From NCBI GenBank assembly GCA_965247115.1, contig CBDFGR010000002.1, positions 736,001-800,000 on the forward strand: DNA of 64,000 bases, given 5' to 3'. The stretch's first letter is position 1. Every line of letters starts with the position of its first letter. A model generated the notes under the pieces. It had not been told where the DNA came from, ran no database searches, and saw only the letters and a program-made list of their open reading frames with translations. Shown in pieces: positions 1 to 10,590 of the stretch. Source of the stretch: Myxococcota bacterium. GTDB lineage: Bacteria; Myxococcota_A; UBA9160; SZUA-336. Made by a program: the position numbers and the translations under genes.

Positions 1-58
1 AGCAGACGTGCCTCATCTGCCGCGACGAGCTCGGGAACGAGCAGAACTTCTGCCTCTG

Positions 59-2512
59 ATGTCGAGAGCGCTCCCGATCCTGGCTCTCTTCAGCGCCCTG
101 CTCTGGGGGGCGGACAGCCGAGGACAGGGAGGGGACGGCGAGCCCGTGAAGCTCGACTTCCAGAACACGGAGATCACGGATGTGATCGCCATGATGGCGG
201 AGCTCACGGGCAAGAACTTCCTCTACGATCAGGACAAGGTCAGCGGCAGGGTGACGGTGATCTCACCGACACCGGTCAGCGTCGACGAGGCCTACCGGGT
301 GTTTGAATCGATCCTGCAGGTCCGGGGACTGACGACCGTGCCTGCGCCCGGAGGCGTGCTGAAGATCGTACAGATCCGCGAGGCAAAGGAATCGGCGATC
401 GAGACGCTGCCGAGCCATGCTCCGATTCCGAACCGGGATCTCTACATCACCCGACTCATCCCGCTTCGCTACGTGAAGGCGGACGCGATCAGCAACACGC
501 TGCGGCCGCTTATCTCCCGGGAATCGAATCTGATCGCCTACCAGCCCACGAATACGCTCATCGTCACGGATACCGCCGCGAACATCCGACGCCTGGTCAC
601 GATCATCGGGGAAGTCGACGTTGTGACCTACCGCGAGCAGGTCAAGGTGCTGCAGATCCAACACGCGGACGCTTCTGTGCTCGCGGCGCAGCTGCAGGAG
701 ATCTTCTCCGAGCCCGCTAGCCAGGCGGCGAGCCGGGCCCGAACGACCGCACGAGCGCGGCGAACCGCCCGCACGCCACAGGGGGCTGCCGGTACTCCCG
801 CCGCTCCCGTCATTGCAGGCGTATCGGGAGAGCCACGCTTCATCACAGACGAGCGCACGAACTCGATTATCGTGATCGCAACGCGAGGCATGATTCAGCA
901 GGTCGAGAAGCTGGTGCCCCTGCTCGACTACGAGCGCAAGGGCTCGGGTCGCATCCACGTGTTCAGGCTCCAGAACGCGGACGCGGAGGAGATGGCGCAG
1001 ACGCTCTCTACACTGACCACCTCATCTGCGGCGACGATCGGCGGACGGACGACTTCCGGAGCAACGGCTGCGGCCGCGGTTGCCGAGCTCGGGCAGGGTG
1101 TCCGCGTCACCGCCGACGCGCCAACAAACTCCCTGATCATCCAGGCCAGCTCGGAAGGCTTCGCGGCCATGAGCGACGTCATCACCGCCCTCGATATCCG
1201 CAGGCCACAGGTGCTAGTCGAGGCGCTGATCATGGAGGTAAACATCACGAGCAACCAAGATCTCGGACTCGCGTGGCTCTACCAGAACGAGCTCAACGTA
1301 AGCAACTCCGCGGTCTCGGTCGGCGTCGACCCCGGTGGCGTCTTTCCGAACCCGAGTGGGACGCCGCCCGCGAACACCGGAGCGGGTCTGATCGGCTCGA
1401 CGGCAGCGGACCTAACCACGGCCGTGCTCGGGAAGACCATCAACATACCTGGGGTCGGCGACGTGCCGATCATCCAGGGAGTCCTCATCGCATCCAGGAA
1501 CGATGCGAACACGAACCTGATCTCTGCGCCGGTGATCCTCACGGCGGACAACGAGGAGGCGGAGATCATCATCGGGCAGGAGATCCCGATCCCCACGACA
1601 CTGCTCGAGACGGCCGATCCCTCTGCTGCAGGCGGCTTTCAGACCTCTCAGAACATTGCGCGCGAGAACGTCGGCGTGACTCTTCGCGTGACGCCCCAGA
1701 TCAGCGAGGGGGACACGGTGCGCCTCGAGATCTTCCAGGAGATCAGCGAGGTGGAGTCGACGGATGACGAGCTCGGTCCGACGACGCGGAACCGCCAGGT
1801 CGAGAATACGGTCTACGTCCGCGACGGCGAGGCGGTGATGCTGGGTGGGATCATCTCGGAGAGCCAGGGCGTGGCGGAGAGCAAGGTGCCGTTCCTGGGG
1901 GACATCCCGATCGTGGGCTGGCTGTTCAAGACGACCAGCGACACGGTGCGCAAGGTGAACCTGCTGATCATCCTCACGCCGCGCATCGTGCGCGATCCGG
2001 AGGACCTGGAGCAGCTGACGCTGGAGCGGCGCGAGCGGTTCCGGGACAGCGCGAGCGCGGGCTACACCGCCGAGGAGCTCGCGGAGCGTCAGGCGGCGCT
2101 CGACGCGGGGGTGGAGCTCCCGAGCGACCCCAACCCGGTGCGGCGCGAGCTGGAGCGGCACGACGGGCGGCATCCGGTCGCGCTCCTGCCCGATCTGCGC
2201 GCACAGAAGCGGGAGCGTGAGCGCGTGCGCCGGGAGGAGCTTGAGGCGCTGCAGGCCGATGGGGACGGCGGCGCCTACCTGGTCCAGGCCGCCTTCTTTC
2301 ACAACCCGGCGGAAGCGATCGCGCTCTTGCAGCTGCTGATCGATCTCGGCTACGACGGGACCGTGTTCTCGCGCCCGGAGTCTGGGGACCCGGTCCACTT
2401 TGTACAGCTCGGCCCCTACGTGTCCGAGGAGAGAGCGAGGCAGATCGCGCGCGACGTACGCTACGAGGCGGACGTGGATCCCCTTGTCGTGGTACAGCGG
2501 GGAGAGAGGTGA
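59..2512 (+). CDS. gspD: Type II secretion secretin with C-terminal SPOR-like domain
   Basis: Signal peptide, N0 motif LDFQNTEITDVI, secretin core (QVLVEALIMEV, KVPFLGDIPIVGWLF), tail YLVQAAFF...VQLGPY; first gene of the gsp run. Start at ATG 59 is inferred. Confidence 0.95.
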   Translation: MSRALPILALFSALLWGADSRGQGGDGEPVKLDFQNTEITDVIAMMAELTGKNFLYDQDKVSGRVTVISPTPVSVDEAYRVFESILQVRGLTTVPAPGGVLKIVQIREAKESAIETLPSHAPIPNRDLYITRLIPLRYVKADAISNTLRPLISRESNLIAYQPTNTLIVTDTAANIRRLVTIIGEVDVVTYREQVKVLQIQHADASVLAAQLQEIFSEPASQAASRARTTARARRTARTPQGAAGTPAAPVIAGVSGEPRFITDERTNSIIVIATRGMIQQVEKLVPLLDYERKGSGRIHVFRLQNADAEEMAQTLSTLTTSSAATIGGRTTSGATAAAAVAELGQGVRVTADAPTNSLIIQASSEGFAAMSDVITALDIRRPQVLVEALIMEVNITSNQDLGLAWLYQNELNVSNSAVSVGVDPGGVFPNPSGTPPANTGAGLIGSTAADLTTAVLGKTINIPGVGDVPIIQGVLIASRNDANTNLISAPVILTADNEEAEIIIGQEIPIPTTLLETADPSAAGGFQTSQNIARENVGVTLRVTPQISEGDTVRLEIFQEISEVESTDDELGPTTRNRQVENTVYVRDGEAVMLGGIISESQGVAESKVPFLGDIPIVGWLFKTTSDTVRKVNLLIILTPRIVRDPEDLEQLTLERRERFRDSASAGYTAEELAERQAALDAGVELPSDPNPVRRELERHDGRHPVALLPDLRAQKRERERVRREELEALQADGDGGAYLVQAAFFHNPAEAIALLQLLIDLGYDGTVFSRPESGDPVHFVQLGPYVSEERARQIARDVRYEADVDPLVVVQRGER

Positions 2513-2513
2513 G

Positions 2514-4253
2514 GTGTCCAACGCGCTGGAGCTGAGCGCCGCGCTTCTCGACGCCACGTCGCTGACGGAGGATGAGCTCGAGGTCGCGCTGCGTCGACAG
2601 GAAGAGTCGGGGCAGCGACTGACCGAAGTGTTGCTGGAGCTCGGCCTCGTGCCTGAGCCGGAGCTGCTCGGCCTGCTCGGCGGCCTGTACGGTATCCCGG
2701 TGCGCGACACACTTCGAGCGGATGAAGTGGACGGAGAGCTCGCGACGCAGCTTCCGATCTCCTTCGCCAAGCAACACCACCTGCTGCCGATCCGACGCGA
2801 AGGAGACAGACTCGAGATCGCGATCTCGGATCCGCTCCTGACGGACCCACTCGACGACCTGCAGCTGCTCTTTCCCGGGGTCTCCTGCGAGCCCGTCCTG
2901 TGCAGTCGACGGGCCATCCTGAACTGCATCAACCAGGTATTCGACCGCGCGAGCTCCGCGGAGGAGGTCAGAGGAGAGCTCGGCGACACCGAGCTTGCCG
3001 ACGTCGCCTCTGAGCTGATCGAGGAGCCAAAAGACCTGTTGGACTCGAGCGAGGAGAGTGCCCCTGTCATCCGGCTCGTGAACTCGCTCTTGCAACAGGC
3101 CGTCAAGGAGCGGGCCAGCGACATCCACATCGAGCCGCAGGAGCGGGAGGTGTTGGTGCGCTTCCGCACCGACGACATGCTCTTCGAGCCAATCCGCCCG
3201 CTGCCCCGGCAGCTGCATCAAGCAATTACCTCGCGCATCAAGGTCATGGGGAGGTTGGACATCGCGGAGCGGCGGCTACCGCAGGACGGACGCATCAGCC
3301 TGAAGATCGCGGGCCGCGACTACGACGTGCGGCTGTCCACGATCCCGACGCAGTACGGAGAGCGCAGCGTGATGCGCCTGCTGCCCCGCAGCCAGGACTT
3401 GCTGAGCATCGAGAGTATCGGGCTCAGCGAGGAGCTGCAGCACGTGCTCCGCCGGCTGATCCGACGCAGCAACGGTATCGTGCTGGTCACCGGACCGACG
3501 GGCTCCGGCAAGACCAACACCCTGTACGCGGCACTCGCCGACATCAACTCCCCGGAAAAGAACATCATCACCGTGGAAGACCCCGTCGAGATCCGTCTGG
3601 AAGGGATCGGGCAGATCGAGGTAAAGCCACAGATCGGCCTCACGTTTGCAGCCGGTCTGCGCTCGATCCTGCGCCAGGATCCCAACGTGATCCTGGTCGG
3701 CGAGATCCGCGATTCCGAGACCGCAGAGATCGCGATCCACGCGAGCCTCACGGGCCAGCTGTGCTTCTCTACCCTACACACGAACGAGTCAGCAGGAGCG
3801 ATCACGCGGCTGATCGACATGGGCGTCGAGCCGTTCCTGATCGCCTCGTCGCTCGTCGCCTCGCTCGCCCAGAGGCTCGTGCGCCTTCTGTGCGTCAGCT
3901 GCAAGGAGGCCTACCGTCCAAGCGACGTGGAGCTGGAGGAGATCGGACTCGAGCGCGAGCAGCTCGAGATGGGGAGGCTGTTTCGCGCCAAGGGTTGCGC
4001 GGCGTGCAACCAGACCGGCTACCGGGGCCGCGCCGGGATCTTCGAGATCCTCATCGTGGACGACCATATCCGCAGCATGATCACGGGCGGCATCGACTCC
4101 AAGTCGATTCAGGAGGAGGCCGTCCGCGCGGGAATGACGACAATGCGGATGGACGGCGCACAGAAGGTGCTGCATGGACTGACCGCTGTCTCCGAGATCA
4201 TGCGCCAGACCCAGGAGGAGGCGGTCGCCGCGATCGACCCGGAGGCCGGCTAG
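2514..4253 (+). CDS. gspE: Type II secretion ATPase
   Basis: ASDIHIEP, DIAERRLPQDGR, Walker A GPTGSGKT, LRQDPNVILVGEIRD, tetracysteine motif. Confidence 0.95.
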   Translation: MSNALELSAALLDATSLTEDELEVALRRQEESGQRLTEVLLELGLVPEPELLGLLGGLYGIPVRDTLRADEVDGELATQLPISFAKQHHLLPIRREGDRLEIAISDPLLTDPLDDLQLLFPGVSCEPVLCSRRAILNCINQVFDRASSAEEVRGELGDTELADVASELIEEPKDLLDSSEESAPVIRLVNSLLQQAVKERASDIHIEPQEREVLVRFRTDDMLFEPIRPLPRQLHQAITSRIKVMGRLDIAERRLPQDGRISLKIAGRDYDVRLSTIPTQYGERSVMRLLPRSQDLLSIESIGLSEELQHVLRRLIRRSNGIVLVTGPTGSGKTNTLYAALADINSPEKNIITVEDPVEIRLEGIGQIEVKPQIGLTFAAGLRSILRQDPNVILVGEIRDSETAEIAIHASLTGQLCFSTLHTNESAGAITRLIDMGVEPFLIASSLVASLAQRLVRLLCVSCKEAYRPSDVELEEIGLEREQLEMGRLFRAKGCAACNQTGYRGRAGIFEILIVDDHIRSMITGGIDSKSIQEEAVRAGMTTMRMDGAQKVLHGLTAVSEIMRQTQEEAVAAIDPEAG

Positions 4254-4258
4254 CGACC

Positions 4259-5482
4259 ATGCCGGTCTACCGCTACAAGGGCATCGCCACTCCGAACCGC
4301 CGGGTCAGCGCAACCATCGATGCGGACAGCTTGCGTGGCGCGCGCGCCAAGCTCAAAGGCGAGGGTGTGTATCTGACCTGGATCGAGGAGGGCCGGACAC
4401 GCTCCAGTGCTTCGGAGCTCCTGTCGCGTTTCCGCATCTCCGCGTTGCAACGCGTACCGGACCTCGCCCTCGCGATGCTGACAGGGCAGCTTTCGACGCT
4501 GCTGGGCGCAGGAATCCCGCTCCTGCAGTCTCTGGCCGCCCTGACCGAACAGGTGGAGAACGACCGCCTCCGGAACGTGGTGGGCAAGCTGCGCGAGCGC
4601 GTGAACGAAGGGACCCCGTTGGCGGACGCCATGAGCGAGTACCCGCAGATCTTCGACAACCTCTACTGCTCCATGGTGCGGGCGGGTGAAGCGTCCGGCA
4701 AGCTCGACCTGGTGCTGCGCCGGCTGGCGGATTACGTCGAGAGCCGCATGGAGCTGCGCAACAAGCTGATTAACGCGATGATCTACCCGGTCCTCATGCT
4801 CGTCGCGAGCGCGCTCGTGGCCGGGGTCCTGCTCGTCAAGGTGATCCCTACCATCACGAGCCTGCTCCAGGACCTGGATCAGGAGCTTCCCACCGCCACG
4901 CTGGTCGTGATCTCCATCTCCGAATTCCTCACGTCCTGGTGGGTCTACCTCGTGGTCGGAGCCGTGCTGCTCTACAGCGTGTTCCATCAGGTCACGCAGA
5001 CCAAGCGAGGCCGTCTCGCGTGGGATCGCTTCCGCCTCCGGCTGCCCGTGCTGGGCCACACGCTGCGCTACGTGGCGATCGCGCGCTTCGCCCGCACGCT
5101 GTCGACGTTGCAACAGGGCGGACTCGACATCGTGCGCGCCCTCGGGATCTCCAAGGGTGTCACCGGCAACGCGGTGATCGAGCTCGCGCTGACGGACGCC
5201 GCCGAAGCGATCACGCACGGCGCCACCATCGCAGCTACGTTCCAGCGCAGCGGGGAGTTCCCGGCCATGGTGACGCAGATGGTGGCTGTGGGAGAGGCAT
5301 CCGGGGAGCTGGACAGCATGCTTGAACGTGTTGCGGAGACCTACGACCAGCTCGTAGACAACAGCCTGAACCGACTGACCGCGTTGACGGGACCCATTCT
5401 GCTTGTCTTCGTCGCAAGCCTCGTGGTGCTCATCATCCTCTCAACGGTTCTACCCCTGCTAAATCTCACGCTCGCGCTTTAG
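4259..5482 (+). CDS. gspF: Type II secretion inner membrane platform protein
   Basis: MPVYRYKG start, two GspF repeats (MVRAGEASGKL; MVAVGEASGEL), AMIYP. Confidence 0.95.
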   Translation: MPVYRYKGIATPNRRVSATIDADSLRGARAKLKGEGVYLTWIEEGRTRSSASELLSRFRISALQRVPDLALAMLTGQLSTLLGAGIPLLQSLAALTEQVENDRLRNVVGKLRERVNEGTPLADAMSEYPQIFDNLYCSMVRAGEASGKLDLVLRRLADYVESRMELRNKLINAMIYPVLMLVASALVAGVLLVKVIPTITSLLQDLDQELPTATLVVISISEFLTSWWVYLVVGAVLLYSVFHQVTQTKRGRLAWDRFRLRLPVLGHTLRYVAIARFARTLSTLQQGGLDIVRALGISKGVTGNAVIELALTDAAEAITHGATIAATFQRSGEFPAMVTQMVAVGEASGELDSMLERVAETYDQLVDNSLNRLTALTGPILLVFVASLVVLIILSTVLPLLNLTLAL

Positions 5483-5505
5483 GCCGAGATGAAAGGGACC
5501 GCACC

Positions 5506-5970
5506 ATGAGCCATCGCCACCTCAGACATCGAACCCATCCGGATCGCCCCGGCTTCACGCTGATGGAGATCCTGGTCGTCGTGTTGCTGATCGGGATGCT
5601 GATGACGCTCGTGGGCTCGCGCCTGTTCTCGCGCCTTGACGAGTCGAAGATCACCATCGCGGACGGCAAGCTGCAGAAGCTCGCGCAGCAGCTCGAGCTG
5701 TACAAGCTCGACAATGGCCGCTACCCCACCTCGGGGCAAGGTCTGATCGCGCTCGTCGCCATACCCAGCACAGATCCGCTGCCGCGTCATTACCCCAAGG
5801 CCGGCTACGTCCGACAGGCGGACCTGCTCGACCCGTGGGGAACCGAGTACGAGTACGAGCAGCCGGGGCCCCACAATACCTACAGCTACGACCTGTTCTC
5901 TCTCGGCCCGGACGGGCAACCCGGAGGGGACGACATCAGCAACTGGGACGACGCCGAAGGCCAGCCGTGA
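5506..5970 (+). CDS. gspG: Major pseudopilin
   Basis: Prepilin motif GFTLMEIL; LYKLDNGRYPT; DPWG; SLGPDG. Confidence 0.95.
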   Translation: MSHRHLRHRTHPDRPGFTLMEILVVVLLIGMLMTLVGSRLFSRLDESKITIADGKLQKLAQQLELYKLDNGRYPTSGQGLIALVAIPSTDPLPRHYPKAGYVRQADLLDPWGTEYEYEQPGPHNTYSYDLFSLGPDGQPGGDDISNWDDAEGQP

Positions 5971-6536
5971 ACCGCATCGAGGGTGGGGAGGGCTTCACCC
6001 TCCTCGAGATGCTCGTCGTTGTCGCGCTGATCGGACTCCTCGCCGGCTTCTTCATGAGCTTCCCCTCCACGACTCCTGGTGCGCTGCGCCACTCGGGGCG
6101 CGTCGTTGCCGCAGAGCTGGGCTACACGGCTCAGCGAGCGATCTCGACCGGAAAGCTTCACCGCTGGCTGATCGATCTCGACAAGCAGACCTTCCGGATC
6201 GAGCAGCAGGTCAAGCTTGAGGAACCACCCGAGGCCGAGCTGCCCACACACGCGGAGCTCCTCGACCTCTCTCCGCCATCTTCCCTGCGAGAGTACGCAC
6301 CGGTCGAGAACCGCAGCGGAGAGTGGCGCTGGCTCGACGACACCGACGTCGTCATCGACCGTGTGTTGATCGGGGATGATTCGTACGCCGAGGGTGAGGC
6401 CACGGTGGCTTTTGCACCGGACGGGGGAGCGGACCCGGCAGAGGTCTGGCTCCGCGATGAGGCAGGCCGCAACATGCGGGCACGCGTCGTCGCGTTCACG
6501 GGAGAGATCCACCTGGAGGACGCGGTGCGTGAGTAA
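5967..6536 (+). CDS. gspH: Minor pseudopilin
   Basis: GFTLLEML prepilin motif, F.PDG motif, position after gspG. Confidence 0.8.
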   Translation: MNRIEGGEGFTLLEMLVVVALIGLLAGFFMSFPSTTPGALRHSGRVVAAELGYTAQRAISTGKLHRWLIDLDKQTFRIEQQVKLEEPPEAELPTHAELLDLSPPSSLREYAPVENRSGEWRWLDDTDVVIDRVLIGDDSYAEGEATVAFAPDGGADPAEVWLRDEAGRNMRARVVAFTGEIHLEDAVRE

Positions 6537-7023
6537 GCCCGCGCGATCCGATACCGGCTTCACGCTACTCGAGGTCCTCATCGCGGTCTTCGTGTTGGGG
6601 ACGGTACTTGGCTCGCTCGTCACGCTCGTAGGAGGGAACCTGGCCCGGCTGAGCGACGCGCGCGCTGAGCTCCTGGAGATGCGACTGGCGGAGCAGCGCA
6701 TCCGCGAGCTGGAGGACGAGTTCCAGAACGGCGCGGAGGCAACGGACGGCCTCGATTCCGGTCGCTTCGAGCAGCCGAACGACGGTCTCGCATGGCAGGT
6801 ACTGGTCGAGCCCTACCGGGTGCCGTTGCCTCCGGGATACGAGGGTGTCGAGGTCGCATCCCCGCTGTTCGACACGCCCGAGTCAGACGCCGAGGTGGTG
6901 CTGCGACGCGTAGAGGTCCGGGTCTTTTCGGTCGAGAGTGAACCGAACTCTGCCAGGCCGCTGGTCATCCTGATCCCGGAGCCGCTCGCGGAGGTGGAAG
7001 TCCCAGAGGGAGAGAGCTCGTGA
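6529..7023 (+). CDS. gspI: Minor pseudopilin
   Basis: GFTLLEVLIA prepilin motif; operon position. Confidence 0.8.
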   Translation: MSKPARSDTGFTLLEVLIAVFVLGTVLGSLVTLVGGNLARLSDARAELLEMRLAEQRIRELEDEFQNGAEATDGLDSGRFEQPNDGLAWQVLVEPYRVPLPPGYEGVEVASPLFDTPESDAEVVLRRVEVRVFSVESEPNSARPLVILIPEPLAEVEVPEGESS

Positions 7024-7997
7024 TCCGCCCCCAGCAAGCGCCGCGAAAAGCGGCGCCAGCGGGCTTCACTCTGCTCGAGATCCTGATCACGATCGCCATC
7101 ATGTCAATGCTGATCACGGCAGCGGTGCAGGCCTTTCAGAGCATCACGCTTGCCGAAGAACGCGCTCACGCGGGCGTGGGTCGCGCGCGCTCCGCGCAGG
7201 TCCTGCTAGACCGCATGGAACGCGAGCTCGTCGGAACGGTCCTGGTGCCGCAGCTCGAGCAGGAGGAGCCCATCCCCCAACCCTACGTCTTCATGGCTTC
7301 GGACAGGACCACGCAGAACAGCGACTCGGACGCGGTCCGGTTCGTCACACTGACAGCGACCCGGACCCCCGGCTCGGCGCCGCCAAGCGGTCCGCGCGTC
7401 GTGACGTACGCCGTTCGTGAGGCGGAGCTCGATCTGCAGGACGAGCTCCATGAGAGCGGCCGACTCGAGCTGGTGCGGCAGGAGGACCCACTCTCCGACG
7501 TACCCGACCGCGAGATCATCATGCGCGACGGCCAGGTCGTCGCGGAAGACGTCGCCAGCTTCGGGCTCCGTTACAAGAGCGACAGTGAGGCCTGGCTCGA
7601 CGGCTGGGACTCGACGGATGCGTCGAGGCTGGACGAGGTGCCGCTCTCGGTAGAGGTGGCGGTGCGCCTCTGGGAGCAGAATCCGGACGGTGACTTCGTG
7701 CACGGCGAGGAATACAGCCGCACGATCGAGCTACCCCTGCGGCCGGCCGATTTCCTTCGACCAGAGGGAGATGAGGACGCGCAGGCCTGCGGCAAGACGG
7801 TCGAGCAGTGCTGGCGAGAGGACCTTCGCAACGCGGTCGACCTCATGAGCGCGATCGGCCGGCGTGCGCAGGACCTCTACGAGTCGATCCCGCCAGCGAC
7901 CTGCTGGAACTCCGACGACCCGGACCTGCTCTCTCTCAAGGCTGCGCTCGAGGAGCTCGAGGACGTCGATGACAACATCGGGAGCGCCTGCGAATGA
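7020..7997 (+). CDS. gspJ: Minor pseudopilin
   Basis: GFTLLEIL motif, WLDGWDS...VPLSVEV; Cys-containing C-terminal extension. Confidence 0.8.
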   Translation: MIRPQQAPRKAAPAGFTLLEILITIAIMSMLITAAVQAFQSITLAEERAHAGVGRARSAQVLLDRMERELVGTVLVPQLEQEEPIPQPYVFMASDRTTQNSDSDAVRFVTLTATRTPGSAPPSGPRVVTYAVREAELDLQDELHESGRLELVRQEDPLSDVPDREIIMRDGQVVAEDVASFGLRYKSDSEAWLDGWDSTDASRLDEVPLSVEVAVRLWEQNPDGDFVHGEEYSRTIELPLRPADFLRPEGDEDAQACGKTVEQCWREDLRNAVDLMSAIGRRAQDLYESIPPATCWNSDDPDLLSLKAALEELEDVDDNIGSACE

Positions 7998-9037
7998 GGC
8001 GAGACGGCCGCGAGCAAGGGGTCGTATTGTTGCTGGTGCTCGTCATCCTCGTGGCGTGCATCAGTACGGTCTACGCGTTCACGCGCACGACCACGCTGGA
8101 GGTGCTGAGCTCTCGCCACCGCAGCGAGCGCACGCGTGCAGAGCTGCTCGCGCGTTCCGGGGCACGCGTCGCCGAGCGCGCCCTGCTCGACGACCTTGAC
8201 TGGGGCGACGACCTGACGCGGCTGCTGGAGTCTGAGCGGGATGACTGGGCCCTGCTCACACGAGCACCGATCCAGGTGCCGGGTGGCGGCGAGCTCCGCA
8301 TTGGGATCGCGGATGCCGGCGCGCGCATCAACCTGAACGGCCTCATCGACGCCTCAGGGCAGGCCCACCTTCCGAGCAGGCCCTTCCTGGAGACGGCGCT
8401 CGAACGCATCATCGATTCGATGCCCGGCCGAGCGGAAGAGAAGCTCTACGACACCGATGCCATCTCGGTCGGAATCCTGGACTGGCTCGACACGGACGAT
8501 CAGACCGCGTCGTTCGGCGACAACGAGGCGCGTTTCTACGCTGGGATGGACCCCGACGCCATTCCGCTCGATCGCCCGCTCTTCTCTCTCGACGAGCTCG
8601 CCGGGGTGCCAGGTATGGATCGGTTGCTGGTCGAAGCGCTCAAAGACTACTTTACGGCCTACCCGATGTTTCCCGCCGTGGACAAGAGTGGGGTGAATCC
8701 CAACACAGCGCCCGCACACGTACTCGGCCTCGTGTACCACTACCAGGGCAACGCCAGCGAGGGTCGGCTCTTCGACCGAGACGACGTGTTCCGCATCCTC
8801 CGTTTCCGCGACGAGGAGCGCGTCTTCTGTCGCGATTCAGCCCTGGAGGGCTGCGAGAGCTTCCAGGAGCACATGGAGATCTTCGGCGATAGCGTCTTTC
8901 CGCCCTTTCAGTTCGCGAGCGACGTGTTCGAGATCAAGGTGGAGGCCAGCTACGGCGAGACCCGAGCCTGCGTCTCCCGCGTGATCGATCGCAGCGACGA
9001 CGAGGTCCGCACGCTCGCGTATCGGATCGAGTGCTGA
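7994..9037 (+). CDS. gspK: Minor pseudopilin
   Basis: GVVLLLVL leader, RINLN, ILDWLDTDD, VNPNTAP. Confidence 0.9.
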   Translation: MRRDGREQGVVLLLVLVILVACISTVYAFTRTTTLEVLSSRHRSERTRAELLARSGARVAERALLDDLDWGDDLTRLLESERDDWALLTRAPIQVPGGGELRIGIADAGARINLNGLIDASGQAHLPSRPFLETALERIIDSMPGRAEEKLYDTDAISVGILDWLDTDDQTASFGDNEARFYAGMDPDAIPLDRPLFSLDELAGVPGMDRLLVEALKDYFTAYPMFPAVDKSGVNPNTAPAHVLGLVYHYQGNASEGRLFDRDDVFRILRFRDEERVFCRDSALEGCESFQEHMEIFGDSVFPPFQFASDVFEIKVEASYGETRACVSRVIDRSDDEVRTLAYRIEC

Positions 9038-10590
9038 TGTTCGATCGCGTGATCCTCGGCCTGGATCTCGGCAGCTACTCGATCAAGGCGGTCGAGCTAC
9101 GCGCAGACCTGCGCAGCATGGAGTTCGTCCGCTTCGAGGAGCAGGTGCTCCCACGCTCGGCCTCGGGCGACGAGATTGAGGCCGCCGTCGAGTCCTTTCT
9201 GGCAGAACGCGAGCTACCGCTCGAGTGTGTGGTGGGGGCGCTTCCCACCGCGAGGGTGACGCAGCGGCATTTGCGCTTCCCCTTCAGCGGCAGCAGACGC
9301 GTGGCGCAGGCCGTCGACTTCCAGATCCACGAGGAAATCGCCTTCCCGCTCGAGGATACGATCCGCGCGCACGAGCAGGTGAGGCTGGCAGGTGACCAGA
9401 CCGAGGTGCTCGTAGTGATCGCGCAGCGCGAGGAGGTGCGCGCGTACCTCGACACGTTGCACCGAGTGCGTGCGGAGCCCCGCATCGTCGACGTGGAAGG
9501 AGCGGTGCTCGCAAACCTCTCCTGGCAGCTGGAAGACCCGAAGCGGGGTCGCGTCATCCTCGACGTCGGCCACAGCAAGTCGAACCTCGTCCTGCTCGCC
9601 GGGGGACGCCCCATCCTGTTGCGGAGAATCCCGGTCGCCGGCCGCCACTTCACAGAAGCGATCGCAGAAGACCGAAACCAGAGCATCGAGGATGCCCAGG
9701 CCCACAAGCACGAATACGGCGTATTCGAGGTCGGGAGCACCAAGCCCGCCTCCCAGCTGCTGGATGCTGCGCTAGAGCGGCTCGCCCGCGAGACGCTCCG
9801 CTCGCTTCAATCTCACGTGGTCGACCCTGGAGACCCCGCCTCTCCGTCGCAGCTCCTGGTCGTCGGTGGCTCGGCCCAGCTCACGGGGCTGTCCGCGTTC
9901 TTGTCGGAACGCACGGATCTCGAGCCAGCCGAGCCCCCGCTCGACGACGGACCTCGCCTCGACGCGGACCCATCTCGTTTCGCACAAGCCGCCGCGCTGG
10001 CGGTGCGCGGCGCCGGTCGTAGAGCCACGACCCAGATCAACTTCCGGCGCGGCGAGTTCGCGTACGCCAAGGACCTGTCCGCGCTGAGGCGGCAGCTTCA
10101 GCTCACGCTCGCCCTGTTCGCTCTCGTGCTCGCACTCTGGCTGGCGAGCACCGTCTCGAAGATGATCATGAATGAGTCGCAGGTCGACCGACTGCAGCAG
10201 ACCATCTTCTCGATCCACCGCGAGACCTTCCCGACCTCTCGCGCTACCGGAAACTTCATGCAGGCGATGGAGACGGAGTACGGTCGTGCCCGCGAGCTGG
10301 CCGACCATCTTGGCGTGACGGGTCGCGGTCTCACGATCCTGGATGCCTTGGGCGAGATCTCGACGCGCGTGCCGCCGGCCCTCGACATCACGTTCGACGA
10401 GCTCAGGATCGACAGCAAGAACATCACCGGCCGCGGCCATACGCCGGACTTCGTCTCGGCCGATCAGCTGCGCAGAGAGCTCTCGCAGATCGACGGCTTC
10501 GGAAGGGTGCTCGTCTCGGACGTGGCGACCGACTCGCGCAGGGGGGGCAAGAGCTTCACACTGAAGATCCGCCTCGAGGAGGGATCGTGA
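9037..10590 (+). CDS. gspL: GspL, PilM-like cytoplasmic domain plus PilN-like periplasmic domain
   Basis: LGLDLGSYSIKAV and ILDVGHSKS actin-fold motifs, INFR, one TM segment, ferredoxin-like C-terminus; operon position. Confidence 0.8.
   Translation: MFDRVILGLDLGSYSIKAVELRADLRSMEFVRFEEQVLPRSASGDEIEAAVESFLAERELPLECVVGALPTARVTQRHLRFPFSGSRRVAQAVDFQIHEEIAFPLEDTIRAHEQVRLAGDQTEVLVVIAQREEVRAYLDTLHRVRAEPRIVDVEGAVLANLSWQLEDPKRGRVILDVGHSKSNLVLLAGGRPILLRRIPVAGRHFTEAIAEDRNQSIEDAQAHKHEYGVFEVGSTKPASQLLDAALERLARETLRSLQSHVVDPGDPASPSQLLVVGGSAQLTGLSAFLSERTDLEPAEPPLDDGPRLDADPSRFAQAAALAVRGAGRRATTQINFRRGEFAYAKDLSALRRQLQLTLALFALVLALWLASTVSKMIMNESQVDRLQQTIFSIHRETFPTSRATGNFMQAMETEYGRARELADHLGVTGRGLTILDALGEISTRVPPALDITFDELRIDSKNITGRGHTPDFVSADQLRRELSQIDGFGRVLVSDVATDSRRGGKSFTLKIRLEEGS

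Noticed and set aside
9037..10590. PilM-PilN-like fusion as a novel protein
   Set aside because: This is the expected architecture of GspL
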